DNA of 64,000 nucleotides from Selaginella moellendorffii (Eukaryota; Plantae; Lycopodiophyta): NCBI RefSeq assembly GCF_000143415.4, contig NW_003314263.1, positions 2,292,734 to 2,356,733 of the forward strand, read 5' to 3'. Shown piece by piece: positions 57,932 to 64,000 of this stretch (position 1 is its first letter; each line of letters starts with the position of its first letter). The notes under the pieces were generated by a model. It saw only the letters and a program-made list of their open reading frames with translations, ran no database searches and was not told where the DNA came from. The position numbers and the translations under genes were made by a program.

Positions 57932-60511
57932 GTGTTTATGCTTTTAGCAGCAACGCTCTTAAGATGAAAAGAAGCGAAGATGTCCCTGGTCTCTGATCAG
58001 AAAAGGTTTGTAATAAAGGATATTGCATTTGTTTTTCTGATTAATAGAAAACAACCTGTGAGTAAGAGGCCAGGCCGTGTGATTTTCCTTGTTGGTACGG
58101 AGTGTATCCTCTCGTGGATGCGGCGTACCAGATTCACAGCCCTTCATACTAATAGTATATGGCGTTCTTCTTAACATGTACCGTGTCTGCTTTTACATTA
58201 CTTTGGCCCAACTATATGCTCGATGGCTAGTCGGAATCAAGGGTGAGATTGAGGCTGGAAAACCTTGGAAGTCCTTGAGCCCTTTTTATCCATGTTCCCA
58301 AATCCATCCAGCTCCGTTTCTGGGTTGAATGGAAAAGTGGAACACTGAAATATTGCAGATGTGGTTGTCCTTAGAGATGCAATGCAATGGTTCTCTACGA
58401 TAATGTCAAACCAAACTTTTTATATTAAATTTAAAACAAAAGAAAGTTCATATTTATAAACACAAAGATTAATCTAAACCATCTTTATAAAACACACATA
58501 TGAAATAAAAGAGAACTTGTTTTCTCTTTTTCCATATTAGAGTTCATGCATGGGCTTCTATTAGAGCTTGTGATCTCATAAGAATCTGGTGGTTGTGACC
58601 GAATTCGCTCAGGGCAGGCAGGTGCATTGAGTTCCATGTGATTCTAAGTTTTGGTTTTGTCTCATGCTTAATTGATCATGTGCATGTGAATAGATGCCAC
58701 GTCCATGATGCATTCTTTTGAACTAATGATAAAATCTGATGCAACGTTCATTACTTTACAGCAGGTACCCAACACATTTTTAGGAGAGCACAACATAGCA
58801 TTTGCTCTAGCAGCTCTAGTTAAAAACAAAAAACTGTCATAAAGAAGGAAAATTGAAAACACTACTACTACATAAAACCAGTAGATTCCATTATAATTAT
58901 AAGCACAAGATATGTGTAGAAATATGCTAAAATGTGTTTAGGAAAGTTTAAAAATTCTTAACATGTTATAAATTATAAACACAAGATTGATTGCTAGATA
59001 ACAATAATATAGAATATCCAAGAATATATCCACTACCTTCAAACCAGTAAAAAATTCAAGTATATCCACTACCCCTTGCTTAAGCAAACCAATAAAAAAT
59101 TAGAACAATTTGATATATATCTTCTTATATATAAGGTGGCCATTTGAAAATCCCTAACACACTGTTGTTCTTATAATAGAAACAAATGACCTACCAGCCC
59201 GCTTGTCAGAAAAATGAGCCTTGAGATATTCTACAACTAGCTGCTTGTCTCCTTGGCTAGAATGTCTTTATAGACTGTTTGTTGAGCTCAGGAGCAAGAC
59301 CATTCCTGCAGTCCCTCCACATCCATAGTCCCTGCCAAAAGAAAATGGGAATGTCATGATGGTGAAACTTATGCAACACTACACACTAACAACTCATATG
59401 ACTTTTGTCAGCCAATACAGTTCGGAAATGCATCTACAATTTCCTAGAAGACATGTTAATGGACACTTCTTCCCTTTGTGTGAAGAATGAAAAATATTTA
59501 TGATCTGCATATTCTTTCAAATAGTGTGTAGTCAATGAATTTGAAGAAAAAAAAAAAGGAAATATAAACTCCAAACAATTGTTAAAAAAAAAGTAAGAAA
59601 TTTTATGAAGACAATTCTAGCATATCTTGAGCATAAGATTGAGTAGATTTGCAAGAGCAGAGAAGAGACTTGACACGAACCTTCTGCTGCCACAATACAT
59701 AGAATAAATTTGTTGTAACCTATTTCTTTCTGTAAACAATATGGTGATTGATCTCAAGAATGTTCATTTGTGTAAACTTTGATTTGTGAGTTGTGTAAGC
59801 TAGGTCTTGATAGAACGATGAGATTAGAGAGATAATAAAGATTCATATAAAGGAAGAGAATGGCTAAAAGAATGTTTAAATATCCATAAACCTTATTGCC
59901 ACTAGAGCTGCCACATTGTTGCTAAAAAGAATCCATGCAATGTAGTCATCTACTAATGCTGGCCACAGAGGAGAGAGTAGCAACTCCTCCCAAATTAGTT
60001 ATTATAGAAGCCTCTTCTTTCCCTATACAACTTCTTTCAAGTGCCCTATGGCAATTGTAAGCTCCCCGACCCAAAGGTAAGATCATCCATTTCATGGCAA
60101 TAGTAAAATAGGGAGTTTTTATTGTGCCATGGCCAAAATTTCTTATTTTTTCTAAGATTTGATATAATATGATATTTTTGGCCAAATAGGGTTTTTGAGT
60201 GAGACCATAACCTTGTGAGTGGCAATGGTACAAGAAAAGCATTCAATACGTACTATTGGGCAAGAGTGGTTCTAGAGAGGGAGTGATCATTGGCATGTGG
60301 CACCACTATGGTGGTGGGCAGAAGGGTGTTGTTAATCATGAGGTAGTGATAATCTTCTGAAGAGCTAACAACCACACATATTTCATCAAATGCTTTATAT
60401 TTGTTCTTTTTGCTTCTGTGTTCATAGCAAACAAATGATGAAGTCCATAAAGATACTATATCAATGGCTCTAAGGAATAAACAAAGATTGCAAAAGTCCC
60501 CCCGGCTTTTC

Positions 60512-61130
60512 TTATGGCACCTTAACTTGTTGATAGAGCTCACATGATTTACAATATTCAAGGGTATTAGTTTTTATATTCCTCCAATAAAAAGTGCGTG
60601 TAATCAATTCATATGTCTTTTTCCCCCCAAAATGACCAGCCTCTGGATGATCATGATAATGGAATAAAACTTGAGTAATTAATGCATCCACTTGTGGCAA
60701 ATATACATTGCCATTATAGTAAAGAATCCCATCCACTAATGAGAAATATGCTTCCATTTGGGTTTGCAAAGAAACCACCTTAGCATCTTGAGCCTGAGCA
60801 CACTCAACAAACTACCCAAATTCGTTAACCACCTTATTTAAATGATGATAAAACTGTGTTTGTAACACTATCATATAACAAATATGAAATAAAGCATTTG
60901 CCACCACATTCAATTTTCCTAGATGATGCTTAATAAGAAACTCCCTAAACTCTATGAGTTTGACCATCCAACGAGTTTGCTTAGTGTTCAATTCTTTCTT
61001 TGTGAAAAGATACACAAGAGGTTTGTGATCCATTAACACCATAAATATTGCTAGTGATGCCATATCCACAAACCATGAATAATGGAGAATAACTCTTGCT
61101 TATATGTAGAACAACATTGCTTTATAGGAT
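60512..61130 (-). mobile_element. Degenerate AT-rich Ty3/gypsy RNase H-integrase fragment of a different family
   Basis: DHKPLVYLFTKKELN..RW, GKLNVVANAL, YHDHPEAGHFGGKKTYELITRTFYW. Confidence 0.8.
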
Positions 61131-61202
61131 GTAAAGTTTGACTCTCATATTCAATAGGTTGTCCCTCTTGCATGAGAACTCCTTCCAGTGCATAACCACT
61201 CA

Positions 61203-64000
61203 AAGCATTTCAGCCGTTGCACATGCACAATCTCTGGAGGATCGGCCTGCTGAACGTCATGCCGAACCTCATAAACTTGTGGTCCAACTTGCCGCAACAC
61301 TCGATATGGTCCTTTCCATTGCGCAAGAAGCCCTTAGATAAACCACGTACCGTAAGATGGGGAAAATGGACTAACACCAAATCATCCACTTTGTACTCCG
61401 CAGGTGGATGATGATGGGAGTTGTAGCGCCATTTTTGTCCCACTTGTACGTGGCCTAAGTGTTCGGCAGACTCTGCTCGGACNNNNNNNNNNNNNNNNNN
61501 NNNNNNNNNNNNNNNNNNNNNNNNNNNNNNNNNNNNNNNNNNNNNNNNNNNNNNNNNNNNNNNNNNNNNNNNNNNNNNNNNNATCATAACCATATAAGAG
61601 TTTATATGGTGAAGCACCAACAGAACTTTGCACCCCTGTAAGGTATGCATACCGAAGAGACGGCAAATAACCATCCCAATCCGAATGCTGAAAGTCCACA
61701 TACTTCGCAATCATCCCTTTGAATGTCCGAACGAGACATTCCACCAGACTGTCTGATTGTGGATGATAAGCACTCGTAAAAGTGCGGCATATCCCCAACC
61801 AAGACGTTAAAACATGAAATACCTCAGCCATAAATGCAGGACCATTATCCGAAAGAATTCGCTCTGGACAAGAATGCTGGAACACCACTCGATTGAGGAG
61901 GAAGTATCCAACAGCAGTTGCAGAGGCGCTAGCAAGAGCACCAACTTCCACCCAACGAGTCAAGCAGTCATAAGCAATAATAACATACTCATTGCCAGCA
62001 GTTGACCGTGGAAAAGGTCCCATAAGATCAAATGCCACTAACTCAAATGGACGGGAAACCGCAATTGACTCCAACCATCCTTCCACAGCACGAGGGGGAG
62101 TATTACGAGTTTGGCACCAAAAGCAGCTATGCACATACCGGATAATATCACGTTGCATCTCCGGCCAATAGAAAGACCTGCGCAGCTTCTCGGTGACACA
62201 ACGGTGTCCCATATGCCCACCTAGAACAGGAGAATCATGGTAGGCATGGAGAAACCGCGGAATAAACACCGAAGGCACCACCAACCGTAAATGATCATCA
62301 GGATCCGTCCCCACAAAATAAAGAAAGCCATCTTCAAGGCGATATTGAGAATGTAAATGCCGAAAAGGCAAGTCATCAGCAAGTGATGCAGGATTCTCAA
62401 ACCCATCTCGANNNNNNNNNNNNNNNNNNNNNNNNNNNNNNNNNNNNNNNNNNNNNNNNNNNNNNNNNNNNNNNNNNNNNNNNNNNNNNNNNNNNNNNNN
62501 NNNNNNNNNNNNNNNNNNNNNNNNNAGAGAATCCTCATCTAAAAAATCCACAGATGCTGGAATAATAGGTTCGTCAGAAACATGAGAAGTGAGTGGAGAA
62601 GGAAGAGGAGCTTGAGAAAGGGCATCAGCATCAGCCATAGAACTCCCTGGGCAATGAATAACATCGAAATCATATATCTGAAGCTTCAAAGCCCATCGAG
62701 CCGTATGACCAACTAGGTTCTTCTGCTTCAATAATGAAGTAACAACAGCATGGTCACCTTCAAGTAACGTCCGAGAACCATGTAGATATGCATGAAGTTT
62801 CTCGAAATTCCAAACTGCTGCTAAACACTCTTTCTCCGTTGTGGAGTAGTTCATCTCTGCTAGTTGTAATGTACGGCTTATGTATGCAATGGGATGGCAC
62901 TAACCAAGCACACTCGAGCTCTCTTGCATCAACACACCTCTAAGACCAATGTTAGAAGCATCCACACACAAAATAAAAGGTCGAGTGTAGTCAAGATATG
63001 CCAAAACTAGAGGAGTCGTCAATAGCTCTTTGAGATCCACGAATGCCCACTCACAATCCGGAGACCAAATGAAAGATGACGTTGATGACTTTAGCAATGC
63101 TCGCAATGGTGTAGTGCGATCGGAAAGATGATCCACAAAACGACTGAGATACTGCACCTTACCCAAGAAGCGCTGCACATCATTCACACACTTCGGAGTA
63201 GGGAATTTTAGAACAGCCACAAGTTTGTCAGGATCAACTTGCAAACCTTCACGAGAAATACGGTACCCAAGATAAGTTGTGTCCTTGGACCCAAACACGC
63301 ACTTTGACCGTTTCAGCTTTAAACCAACGTTGCATAACCGATCCAACACTTTACAAACATCATAAACGTGCTCCTTCCACATCCCCTCTGAGTGGATCAA
63401 GACATCATCAATGAAGTCAGCAGTCACCTCCGGCATATCGCAAAGAACCTCGTCCATCATCCGCTGGAAAGTTGCTGGAGCATTGTTCAAACCAAACGGC
63501 ATCACCAAGAACTCGTACAAACCAAATAGTGTACGAAAAGCAGTCTTAGGAATATCTTCTTCGGCCATCGGTACTTGCCAATACCCAGAAGCAAGATTTA
63601 GCTTGGTGAACCAACGACTTCGCCCCAGACGATCTAAGAGATCAACAGTGTGAAGAAGAGGATACACATCTGGGATCGTCACTTCGTTTAACGGACGATA
63701 GTCGATGCAGAAACGAATACTCCCATCAGGCTTCGTCACAAGATGAGGGTCACATGCCCAAGGACTCCACGACTTCCGAATAACACCTTTCTCCAGCATT
63801 TCCTTGACGTTTGCTCGTAAAATCTTAATCTCTTTAGGTGACTGATGACGAATAGGAACCTTGATTGGACGAGCATCCCCGGTTGGAATCGGATGACGTG
63901 TGGCAATCTTGGCCCCAGACGATAGGTCAAATTCAAAGAGATCAGAATACTCCTTCATGAGCCGGTCAACTGCTGCAACACAAAGATCGTCGGAGGGATT
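61203..64000 (-). mobile_element. Second, more degenerate copy of the 44-49.6 kb gypsy family (RT-RH-IN), with N gaps; runs off the window
   Basis: Colinear with 44474-47260. Confidence 0.93.

Overview
Eukaryotic plant nuclear DNA. The compact genes, 50-60 bp introns, gene content and N-gaps fit a lycophyte such as Selaginella (inferred, not confirmed). 1-26 kb: between an intact TRM61 gene plus tRNA-Ser and an intact 2-hydroxyacid dehydrogenase gene lies a tandem array of an ~8.9 kb cassette (two full copies and one partial). Each cassette carries a head-to-head pair of Fic-domain (AMPylase-type) genes, a U1 snRNA gene, a RING-H2 gene and deletion-riddled fragments of other genes (dehydrogenase, TRM61, SET-domain, tRNA-Lys, CYP450, alpha/beta hydrolase). 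26-43 kb: ordinary plant genes (germin-like, ABCD, TIM21-like, ZCF37-like, rhomboid RBL9, PHT1, NPF). 43.8-49.7 kb: a MITE and a Ty3/gypsy element with both LTRs, a -1 frameshift slippery site with a predicted pseudoknot, and a 5S-rRNA-bearing Cassandra-type TRIM nested in gag. 50-64 kb: an orphan secreted-protein ORF, an F-box remnant, a divergent intronless SF3B1 with a degraded duplicate, and further gypsy remnants. The main candidate for a novel system is the amplified divergent Fic gene pair. All comparisons were made by eye.
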